A stretch of DNA of 32,000 bases, from NCBI GenBank assembly GCA_963718915.1, contig CAVRAI010000006.1:90001-122000 (forward strand). Direction: 5' to 3'. Positions 8,447-15,715 of this stretch are shown piece by piece (the stretch's first letter is position 1; each line of letters begins with the position of its first letter). Source of the stretch: an uncultured Chloroflexia bacterium. Its GTDB lineage: Bacteria; Chloroflexota; Ktedonobacteria; Ktedonobacterales; JADMIN01. A program made the position numbers and the translations under genes. A model generated the notes under the pieces. It was not told the origin of the DNA. It saw only the letters and a program-made list of their open reading frames with translations, and made no database searches.

Positions 8447-8475
8447 TTGCCTCTTATTGTGCGCCAGTGTATCAT
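8447..8475 (+). promoter_or_regulatory. possible sigma70-type promoter TTGCCT-17-TATCAT for the 8541 gene
   Basis: Hexamers and spacing read from sequence, about 65 nt upstream of ATG 8541, in a divergent intergenic region. Confidence 0.3.
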
Positions 8476-8540
8476 AGGCGGTGTAGAAATACAAGAGTGG
8501 GCGCGTGGGGGGCGTCTGTAAAGAGGGGTTGGCCGCAACC

Positions 8541-9167
8541 ATGCCTGATATCACGATTGATTCTGACGCCGTACAGTCAGCGCGTATCTCCATGCTTGTG
8601 GTACGCGATACGCTCAATGGGCAATACGCCCAGCACCAGAGTGTGGCCGGGCAGATTGAAGGGATGCTCCACGAAGCAGCCTCCTCGATGTTTGCCGCTC
8701 TCAATCCATTCGACATCTGGGATCGGCTGGGGTTTGGAAGCGCGTCATACTCGTGTTCGTCCATACGTGGCGAGCTCGAGCAGGCGCGCAGTACGACTGA
8801 TCAGGTGGTAGAGCGCTTGTGCGACACCCATCGCGGTCAGCTTGTTCCGATACTGCACGACCGCGCTGGCGCGTTGCGCGATGCTCTTAACTCCGCGCTT
8901 GACAGCCTGTGGACAATCACATCGCTGCTTAATCCGGGCAATATCCTGCGGATGATAAGCGATCACGGATATATCCTGGAGCATTTCAACCGCTCGCGCA
9001 GCGCGCTCTATCGGGCATGTGCGCAGGCGCAAGACTTCGTGGACTTCCTGACCCGGCTCCATCAGCGTGAAGAGACCATTATTGATGAGATACACAAACA
9101 CAGTCACAGTGACAATGCCTCCTTTGACTGGACCATATCACGGAATCAGTCTGCCACGCCCTCATAA
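8541..9167 (+). CDS. 208-aa all-helical protein, LXG/WXG-like N-terminal domain without an effector domain
   Basis: MPDITIDSDAVQSARISMLVVRDTLNGQ start resembles WXG100/LXG N-termini. Length and helical character fit an LXG-type delivery domain. Ends at TAA 9165-9167, with coding-like sequence continuing in the same frame. Confidence 0.55.
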   Translation: MPDITIDSDAVQSARISMLVVRDTLNGQYAQHQSVAGQIEGMLHEAASSMFAALNPFDIWDRLGFGSASYSCSSIRGELEQARSTTDQVVERLCDTHRGQLVPILHDRAGALRDALNSALDSLWTITSLLNPGNILRMISDHGYILEHFNRSRSALYRACAQAQDFVDFLTRLHQREETIIDEIHKHSHSDNASFDWTISRNQSATPS

Positions 9168-9455
9168 CAATTAGTCAGGCTAGCCGAGGCCACATCTAGC
9201 GTGCTGGAAGAGTCGTTGTTGCATCTGGAGCAGGACAGGCCCTCATCTCCACAAGTTCGATAGCATGCGGAGCGGGCGGCCATCGCTGCGCAGGAAGGAT
9301 CAGCATGGCTGACGATGGGCATACGACGATGTCAGGAATTTACGGTGACAATCACATTGACTGGAGTAAAGTGCCAGGTGGCGTGGATGGGCCTATAGGA
9401 AGAAAGTTACAAGCGTTATTTTAACAGGGATACCGGGGCATTGGACATTCGGTGA

Positions 9456-9809
9456 ATAAGTCCAAAGACATCAGATGTACAGTGTGTCGCGTTCGTCATC
9501 ATGGCATACCAGTTTGCGCTTGGAGACCCGAAGAAGACGGTGATGACTGCTGTGGGGGACGCGAGGAAATATTGGAAGGAGTATGCCGATGATGCTGGCC
9601 GCGTCTGACCGAGGTGGCAATTCGAATCTTGGATCGGCGCGCTGGCCATTCGGAGCCACGGAAAGGTGATCTTATTGTCATGGCCAGATTAAAGATGAAA
9701 CTATGGGAACCGGTGATCGACAGGGCACATTGCGGATGTCACTGATGTTCAAGGCTCGACGGTGAAATATACTCAGGCAAATAGGCCAATCTTCCTACAG
9801 GAACACTGA
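9456..9809 (+). pseudogene. decayed CHAP / NlpC-P60-like cysteine peptidase (cell-wall amidase) domain
   Basis: Segment 1, frame 0 (9456-9608): SPKTSDVQCVAFVIMAYQFALGDPKKTVMTAVGDARKYWKEYADDAGRV*, with a Cys motif. Segment 2, frame 2 (~9644-9690): GHSEPRKGDLIVMAR. Segment 3, frame 0 (9717-9809): STGHIADVTDVQGSTVKYTQANRPIFLQEH*, with a His motif. Cys...GDL...GH(I/V)A.V order is that of a CHAP-type fold, but at least 3 frame changes or stops intervene. Confidence 0.5.
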
Positions 9810-10015
9810 CCATATAACGCCGATAGAACGGTTCATGATAACACATATTATAGATACGACGGTCATAGGCATATCTTAAAGGACAGCGACGGCAAGGTAT
9901 GTTACGGCTACACTATGACGCTGGAAGGGTTTTTACGGCACGATGGGCATTGAGATATAGCATATTCCGACGTCCGAAGCTGTGCCGAGAGGCATATAGC
10001 CATAGCGCTTTGGCT

Positions 10016-10040
10016 CCCCCTCTCCTCGCGGGAGAGGGGG
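10016..10040 (-). terminator. GC-rich perfect hairpin downstream of the enoyl-CoA hydratase gene
   Basis: CCCCCTCTCC-TCGCG-GGAGAGGGGG: 10-bp perfect stem, 20 nt past the stop at 10060. No U-tract. Confidence 0.45.
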
Positions 10041-10059
10041 CCGGGGGGTGAGGGCGCGG

Positions 10060-10872
10060 TTAGTTGCGCGCCTTGAAGGTGGGCTTGCGCCTCTCCTGGT
10101 AGGCGGCGATGCCTTCCTTCGCATCCTCGCTCTGGAAGCAGAGCTGCTGTAGCTCGCGCTCGATGGCCAGCGCCTCCGAGAAGGCGACCTCCGAGCCAGA
10201 CTGCACCGACCGCTTCAGGCGGCCAACCGCCTTCGCCGCCTTGTTCGGCGGGCAGAAGCCGTGCGCGTACTCCATCACCTTCTCCCAGAAGCCCTCGGAC
10301 TCATAGATGTAGTTGATGAGGCCCAGGTCGAGCGCCTCCTCGAAGTCCATCAGGCGCGCCTCGGCCATCAGCTCAATCGCCTTGTTCTTGGGCAGGGCGC
10401 GCGCCATGCGCTGGGTGCCGCCTGTTCCCGGCAGCACGCCAAGATTCATCTCCGGCAGGCCCACCTTGCCGCCGCCTTTGCGCGCGATGCGGATGTCGCA
10501 GGCGAGCGCGATCTCGAGGCCGCCGCCGACGGTGTGGCCGTTGAGCGCGGCGATCACCAGCTTGGGCGTCTGCTCGAAGCGGGTCAGCGTCTCGTTGGCA
10601 TGCAGGCAGAAGTAATACTTGAAGGTCGGCGTCACCGTGTTGAGCATGGCGATCTCGGCGCCCGCGGAGAAGAACTTTTCCCCGGCTCCGCGCAGGACGA
10701 TCACATAGACGTCGTCGTCGAACCGCGCCTTCAGGATGGCGGCGTCGAGCTGGCTCATCATCTCATAGCTGTAGGTGTTGGCGGGCGCATTCGTCAGTTC
10801 GATGATCGCCACACCGTTATCCGTGGAATAGTTGACCAGGGTTTGCTCGCCCGTGGCGGTTGTGCTGGACAT
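10060..10872 (-). CDS. enoyl-CoA hydratase/isomerase (crotonase superfamily)
   Basis: VIVLRGAGEKFFSAGAEI, ALNGHTVGGGLEIALACDIRIA and GLPEMNLGVLPGTGGTQR motifs. GAGGAGGAAG lies upstream of ATG 10872. Confidence 0.93.
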   Translation of the reverse strand: MSSTTATGEQTLVNYSTDNGVAIIELTNAPANTYSYEMMSQLDAAILKARFDDDVYVIVLRGAGEKFFSAGAEIAMLNTVTPTFKYYFCLHANETLTRFEQTPKLVIAALNGHTVGGGLEIALACDIRIARKGGGKVGLPEMNLGVLPGTGGTQRMARALPKNKAIELMAEARLMDFEEALDLGLINYIYESEGFWEKVMEYAHGFCPPNKAAKAVGRLKRSVQSGSEVAFSEALAIERELQQLCFQSEDAKEGIAAYQERRKPTFKARN

Positions 10873-11012
10873 ACGCGCTTCCTCCTCTGGAACGCTATCG
10901 TAACCTCATAGATAGTAGCCTTAACCGATAGCCTCATAGTAGCATATCGCGCCACGCGCCGAAGAAGGCCAATCCTTCGACTGCGCAGCCTGTCGCGAGC
11001 CCTCTGCCTCAC

Positions 11013-12116
11013 CTACGCGATACGCTCGAAGTGGCCGTCGCGGTAGACGCGCATGCGCTGCCCGCGCCACTCGATCTCGTTGCCTCCCAGCAGCGTGAGC
11101 GCCGCATGGATGGGCGTCACCAGCACCGTATAAAGCAGCATCGGCCAGCGCCGTCGTGGCATAGCCCGCCGCAGAAAACATCTGCGCGACACCTCATGCG
11201 TCACGGCGCATGCGCCAAGGGTCGCCGCCAGCGCGTAGACGGGGATGCGTCGCCGCGTCACGAGCGCGATGACGCCCAGCGCGCTCGGCAGCAGAATCGT
11301 CGCCGGGGTCGCCAGGAAAGCCGCCACGCGCTGCCACGGCGTGAGGAAGGGCGCCATGGCCTGGCGGGGCAGAATAATCCAGCGCTTGAACTTCGCCGCG
11401 TAGTCGCGCCAGGTGTTGGTGGGGTCGTTTACATCGTAGACCACGGGCGTCTGCAGCGGGCGCAATCCCGTCATCCGCAGCCGTTGCGCCAGCACAAAGT
11501 CGTCGTCGAGATAGCCCTCCAGGCCGTCGAATCCGCCCGCCGCGAGGAACGGACGCCGCCAGTAGCAGGCCATCTGGCCGACCACCCGTATCGGGCCGCA
11601 GAGATAGGCCCAGGTGATGAACGTTTCGAGCGTGTAGGTATTGACATAGCTGCTCAGCAGACCCGACCAGAGGTTCGACCAGTTCGCGTAGCAGGCCAAC
11701 CCAAAGCTGGCGCCGATGCCCGGCTGCATCAGATACGCCACGAGCCGACGCAGCCCATCGGCGGGCGGCGCGACATCATCATCCATCAGGCAGAGCACGT
11801 CGCCAGTCGCGTGGGGCAGGCCCGCCTGAAGTTTCGCCAGCTTGGAGGCCGGGCCACAACCGTCGCCCCTGACCCGTACGATGCGCAGATCAAGCTCGGG
11901 ATGCGCGGCGGAGAGTGCGTTGCAGATGGACTGGGAATCGGCGTCGTCGGCGTCGCAGACGAGAATGTGCCGCACGCGCGCGGGATAGTCGAGCCGGGTC
12001 CGCGCCTCAAGGTTCGCCCGGAGCGCGTCATTGCCGCGCGTCACCGTCTGCAGGAGCGTCACGCGCGGCCAGACCGCCGGATCGTCCGGTTGTGGACGCG
12101 AAAAGTAGCGCGCCAC
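11013..12116 (-). CDS. family-2 glycosyltransferase, ceramide-glucosyltransferase/HpnI-like (GT21-type)
   Basis: WPRVTLLQTVTRGNDALRANLEA, ...CLMDDDVAPP (D-x-D region) and C-terminal TM helices ending ...IEWRGQRMRVYRDG. The start is uncertain: GTG 12116 is the minimal start, and the 501-aa track ORF upstream looks non-coding. See the finding on a possible frameshifted N-terminus from ATG 12207. Confidence 0.8.
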   Translation of the reverse strand: MARYFSRPQPDDPAVWPRVTLLQTVTRGNDALRANLEARTRLDYPARVRHILVCDADDADSQSICNALSAAHPELDLRIVRVRGDGCGPASKLAKLQAGLPHATGDVLCLMDDDVAPPADGLRRLVAYLMQPGIGASFGLACYANWSNLWSGLLSSYVNTYTLETFITWAYLCGPIRVVGQMACYWRRPFLAAGGFDGLEGYLDDDFVLAQRLRMTGLRPLQTPVVYDVNDPTNTWRDYAAKFKRWIILPRQAMAPFLTPWQRVAAFLATPATILLPSALGVIALVTRRRIPVYALAATLGACAVTHEVSRRCFLRRAMPRRRWPMLLYTVLVTPIHAALTLLGGNEIEWRGQRMRVYRDGHFERIA

Positions 12117-12497
12117 CAGTCCCCAGCTTGACGGCGCGGTCCGCCAGCGCGACCAGCGCAAGGCCAATCGCGAGGCGCTCCAACGCGCCGGGACTGCGTT
12201 TTGCCATCCTGAGTATCCCTGGATTCCTTCGCCATGCCACACGGAACAGCGGCCATACATCCATTGGCAGCTATTTCCAGTCTCTGTCTGAGTCATCGCA
12301 AACCGCGTTCCAGCGGCAGGAGAGCCAGGAATGAATGGACCATTACGCACATATGCTGACATATGATACGCAGCCGTATCGTTCCATAGCGCTGCCTTGC
12401 ATAGTAGTTGCGGTTGGGTTATGCTGTCGTTACCTGCTGGATATTCTGTGATGGCACATTTCAGGATTGCATGATTCCCCAGGAGAGAAAGGACACG

Positions 12498-12699
12498 ATG
12501 ATGTTGGCAGGCTTCCACTGGTTTGATTTGGTTCCACCGCTCTTCATGCTCATCGTCGCTCGTGGGTGGCGTGCTGGTCGTCCTCGGCTGGAGTATCGGC
12601 GCGGGCTATCGCGCGGGAGCGCCGCCGACAGGAGCAACATCCCGACCAGCCGTAGCCACGGTGCAGGATGCAGATCGACACAAGAAGAAGACCGGCTAG
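12498..12699 (+). other. possible small (about 66 aa) membrane-protein gene that needs a +1 frame change
   Basis: AGGAGAGAAAGGA precedes ATGATG 12498, giving MMLAGFHWFDLVPPLFMLIVA... The next frame continues ...LVGGVLVVLGWSIGAGYRAGAPPTGATSRPAVATVQDADRHKKKTG* (stop 12697-12699). Together they form one continuous TM helix plus a basic tail. Weak evidence. Confidence 0.3.
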
Positions 12700-12708
12700 C
12701 GTTAACCA

Positions 12709-13332
12709 TCATCCACGTCGTTCCACTCTGGCACGTTGGGAGCAGTCTCTTCGTAGCGAGTAGCGCTTCAGGGCTAAGCACCCAGCGTACTTGGGCGATT
12801 GGCCATCTGTGATAAGCCTGAAACTTGTATCAAACCCTTGCTGTCGCTTGCCCCGCGTGCGGGAGCTGCATGTCTCTGGATACTCCCATAACTGGATGCT
12901 CGCGCCGCTATCAGCGGTACGGAAGTAGCGGATGTATTGGTACTCGTTCCGCTTTATGAGACGCCCATCGCGCAACACGAGCGCGTCAATTTCACTCTGG
13001 GTAGCGGTATGCCTGTTGGTGGCTTCGAGGCCGTACTCTTCGATGAAACGCACCTGTCCATGGGTATAGTTTTGGAGCAGAACTGAGATATGATCTGGGT
13101 TCTGGAACTGAGACATGTCGGGATTGGTCGGTCCTGGCGGCGCATAGCTGAGGATGCAAGTACAATGGGCATCGCACGATGTTGGCCATCGCCCGGCGTC
13201 TGGTTCAGCGGATTGGTAATACCCCAGGGCGGTGTGTATGGCGATTAGCTGCCATGTGTTTACAGTCATCGCAGTGATGCGTATGGGCCGGGTCAAGTAT
13301 CCACCAGACGCGAGAAAAGGGATCCACTTCAC
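12709..13332 (-). CDS. hypothetical protein (orphan, lower-GC island)
   Basis: A 207-codon open frame in a roughly 50% GC stretch is unlikely by chance. GGAGGAG lies just upstream of GTG 13332; ATG 13269 is an alternative start. No family recognised. Confidence 0.5.
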   Translation of the reverse strand: MKWIPFLASGGYLTRPIRITAMTVNTWQLIAIHTALGYYQSAEPDAGRWPTSCDAHCTCILSYAPPGPTNPDMSQFQNPDHISVLLQNYTHGQVRFIEEYGLEATNRHTATQSEIDALVLRDGRLIKRNEYQYIRYFRTADSGASIQLWEYPETCSSRTRGKRQQGFDTSFRLITDGQSPKYAGCLALKRYSLRRDCSQRARVERRG

Positions 13333-13477
13333 GCTCCTCCTTCCCGTACGAGCGTCCAGTATAGTGGGCTTACTCTACGCTTCTTGGGCTGGCGCATCAA
13401 TCAGACGATGGGGAAGGAGCGGCAGGCGGTATCAGGCGCTCTTCTTGTCCTTGCCACCAAATCCGTCTATTACCATT

Positions 13478-14035
13478 TCAAGGCCGCGCCCGTGACAATG
13501 ACCTTGAGGAGCGAGATAGAGATAGTCTTGATGAGCACTTACCCACGAAGGCAATGACAGAATGCTGGCCTGCTCCGACCCAGGCGAGGTAGCGGTAGAT
13601 TCCATAGCCGACACCGGAGGGGCAACAACGTGGTCCGAACAAAGAAGCGTAATCCATACACGTGATATATCTCCGCCCTGCCGTCGGATCTTCGCCATGA
13701 AAAACGAGCGTACTTATTAATGTAAAACCGAGTAGTTGAACAGAAAGCCAGACAGCAAGCGACCACAATACCAGCCAGTCCTGGTACGCGGTATCGGCAA
13801 GCCCCCATCGCCTGGACCACTGACGAGTGCCATCAGCGCCCCACCCATCATCCCTGCGAGCGACCAAACCCACCGAATCCAGTAAAACCAGTGAGATATC
13901 TCGGTCATCGGGGTCTCCAGAATGTCGCCAGGGTGGTTCAAGCATACTCAGCCATGCAATTCTCAACACATTCAGATGCCTGTCCAAACTTACCCTCCTC
14001 TCCGTTCGCTCGTCACTGCCAGTATACACAAGCAA
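13478..14035 (-). CDS. hypothetical protein with 1-2 TM helices (orphan, lower-GC island)
   Basis: A 185-codon open frame in lower-GC DNA. Strongly hydrophobic segment WLVLWSLAVWLSVQLLGFTLISTLVF. Start and true C-terminus are unclear because overlapping ORFs in other frames also look partly coding. Confidence 0.4.
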   Translation of the reverse strand: MLVYTGSDERTERRVSLDRHLNVLRIAWLSMLEPPWRHSGDPDDRDISLVLLDSVGLVARRDDGWGADGTRQWSRRWGLADTAYQDWLVLWSLAVWLSVQLLGFTLISTLVFHGEDPTAGRRYITCMDYASLFGPRCCPSGVGYGIYRYLAWVGAGQHSVIAFVGKCSSRLSLSRSSRSLSRARP

Positions 14036-14123
14036 CCACTGCGCGGGAAGGAAGAGGATGGAATGGCTGGAGAATGTGGCAAGTTCGGAGCTATGCCAGA
14101 TGAGAGGTGGTCAGGACAGCAAC

Positions 14124-15665
14124 CTACGCGGCGCGGCGATGCTGCCGCCCGATGTCCATCGCGTCGCGCAGGTGGACGCGCGTGTAGATGCCCCCGGCGA
14201 CGGCCAGCAGGCCCATCAGGCTGAAGACGACATTTACCCCGTCGAACTCGACGCCCAGGATCGTCGCGTGGAAGCCGTGCAGCACGGTGGCGACCAGTGA
14301 CCCCGCGATGATGACGGAGAAAAACGCCGCCAGCCGTCCCACCGGATTGATCACCGCCGTCACGCGCCCAACGAACTCCTTCTCGGTGGCGTCAATCGCC
14401 AGCGGCCCCGCCGAGATCAGGATCGCGGTGGCCGTGACCCCGAAGAGGAACGCCGCCAGCATCGCCAGGCCAAAGCTCGTCAGGTGCGCCATCGTCGCGA
14501 CGAAGATGCCCGACGTGACCAGCGCGACCCAGAGCACGCGCACCAGACCGATTCGCCTGCCAAACACGGTGACGAATGCGGCGCCAGTGATTGCGCCGAA
14601 GCCGAAAATCGCGCCAAACCAGCCGTAGGTCTCCGGTTGGGCGTGCAGATTCTCGGTGATGAAGAAGTAGCCCAGACTCTGGAGCGCGCCAAAGCCGAGC
14701 CAGGTGAGGATCTCAGCGATCAGGACGGTCCGCAGTACGTTATGGCGCAGCACGTAGCTGACCCCGGCGGCGAACTCGCGCGAGAAGTGGCCTGTCTCGC
14801 CAGGCGCCAGGCTGCTGACTGAGGGCGGCGCGGCGATGGCTACGGTCGCCCAGAAGCAGAGTCCGAAGGTGATCGCGTTGAGCAGCAGCGCCCACTGGAT
14901 GCCCAGGCCGAAGACCAGCGCGGCGGCCACTGGCGGGCCAATTACCACGGCCAGCCCCTGGATCGCCTGCGTCATCTCGATGGCCTGGTCCTGGCGCGGC
15001 TCCGCGACGATATCTTTGATCAGCGCGAGCTGGGCGGGCAGGAAGAACTGCGAGCAGCTGGTGAGCAGGAAGATATCGGCATAGATCACGCCGAGCAGCC
15101 AGCCAGAAGAGATGTGGGCGCGACCGATATCTGGCAATGTGACGCCCAGCACAGGCACGACCAGCAGCGCCGCCAGCCCGGTCTGGATCGCCGTCATCAC
15201 GATCATTGTCCGGCGCTTATCCCAGCGATCCACGAAGACGCCCGCGACCGGGCCAACCACAATCTGCGGGATCGCCGCCGCCAGGATCGCCCCGCTCACC
15301 GCCAGCGGCGCCCAGGACTGGTTCCCGGCGACATCAGTGGCGATCCAGAGGATGAGCGCGGTATCCCAGGCGTAGTCTCCGATGCTGGAGACCGTCTGCC
15401 CCCACCAGAGCAGCGCGAAGTTGCGGTTGATGAACGCGGTGGCCAGCAGCCGCCGGGGAACGCCGACGCCGGGGGCGCGCGCCGCGTGTTGCGCCGCGTA
15501 GGCGCGTTGGCGACGCTCACGTACCGGCACACCATAGGTGCGGAAATAGGGCCGTCGTGGACCACTTGTAGGGCCGCGATAGCGCCCATCCGCGCGCCCT
15601 AGCGAGGCGTTTGTGGGCGTCGCCTCAGAGGAGGGTGTTGGGTGCTGTGCGTCCGGGTGTTCCAT
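14124..15665 (-). CDS. MFS transporter (DHA3/EntS-like, MFS_3 type)
   Basis: FINRNFALLWWGQTVSSIGDYAWDTAL signature and about 12 TM helices. GGAG lies 7 nt upstream of ATG 15665. Confidence 0.9.
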   Translation of the reverse strand: MEHPDAQHPTPSSEATPTNASLGRADGRYRGPTSGPRRPYFRTYGVPVRERRQRAYAAQHAARAPGVGVPRRLLATAFINRNFALLWWGQTVSSIGDYAWDTALILWIATDVAGNQSWAPLAVSGAILAAAIPQIVVGPVAGVFVDRWDKRRTMIVMTAIQTGLAALLVVPVLGVTLPDIGRAHISSGWLLGVIYADIFLLTSCSQFFLPAQLALIKDIVAEPRQDQAIEMTQAIQGLAVVIGPPVAAALVFGLGIQWALLLNAITFGLCFWATVAIAAPPSVSSLAPGETGHFSREFAAGVSYVLRHNVLRTVLIAEILTWLGFGALQSLGYFFITENLHAQPETYGWFGAIFGFGAITGAAFVTVFGRRIGLVRVLWVALVTSGIFVATMAHLTSFGLAMLAAFLFGVTATAILISAGPLAIDATEKEFVGRVTAVINPVGRLAAFFSVIIAGSLVATVLHGFHATILGVEFDGVNVVFSLMGLLAVAGGIYTRVHLRDAMDIGRQHRRAA

Positions 15666-15715
15666 GATGTGCTCCAGTGCACCAGTGTATCACCAGACGC
15701 CGCCACCTCATTTTT

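Noticed and set aside
9983-9995. 13-nt exact match TGCCGAGAGGCAT to the RE hairpin of the TnpB element (7011-7023): a possible second, degraded IS end
   Set aside because: Flanking bases do not match: there are no CCCC/GGGG arms, no GAAT and no TCAA. A handful of 13-mer coincidences is expected by chance in a 32-kb GC-biased window.
7236-10059. Prophage or integrative conjugative element
   Set aside because: No integrase, excisionase, or phage or conjugation genes are detectable. Only the repeat architecture suggests past integration, so it is reported as a hypothesis rather than annotated as a mobile element.
10261-10911. 216-aa plus-strand ORF (also 10313-10615)
   Set aside because: It is entirely antisense to the well-supported enoyl-CoA hydratase gene. 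Its R/A/G/H-rich composition is typical of shadow ORFs in GC-rich DNA.
11031-12131. 366-aa plus-strand ORF
   Set aside because: It is antisense to the glycosyltransferase gene. It has an Arg/His-rich, low-complexity translation, no RBS and no recognisable motifs.
13432-13941. Alternative reading of the 13.4-13.9 kb gene as a doubly frameshifted membrane protein (MTEISHWFYWIRWVWSLAGMMGG... then ...GFGGKDKKSA*)
   Set aside because: The single 185-codon frame 13478-14035 stays open through about 50% GC DNA, which is itself strong evidence for that frame. The multi-frame reconstruction was too speculative to report as a feature.
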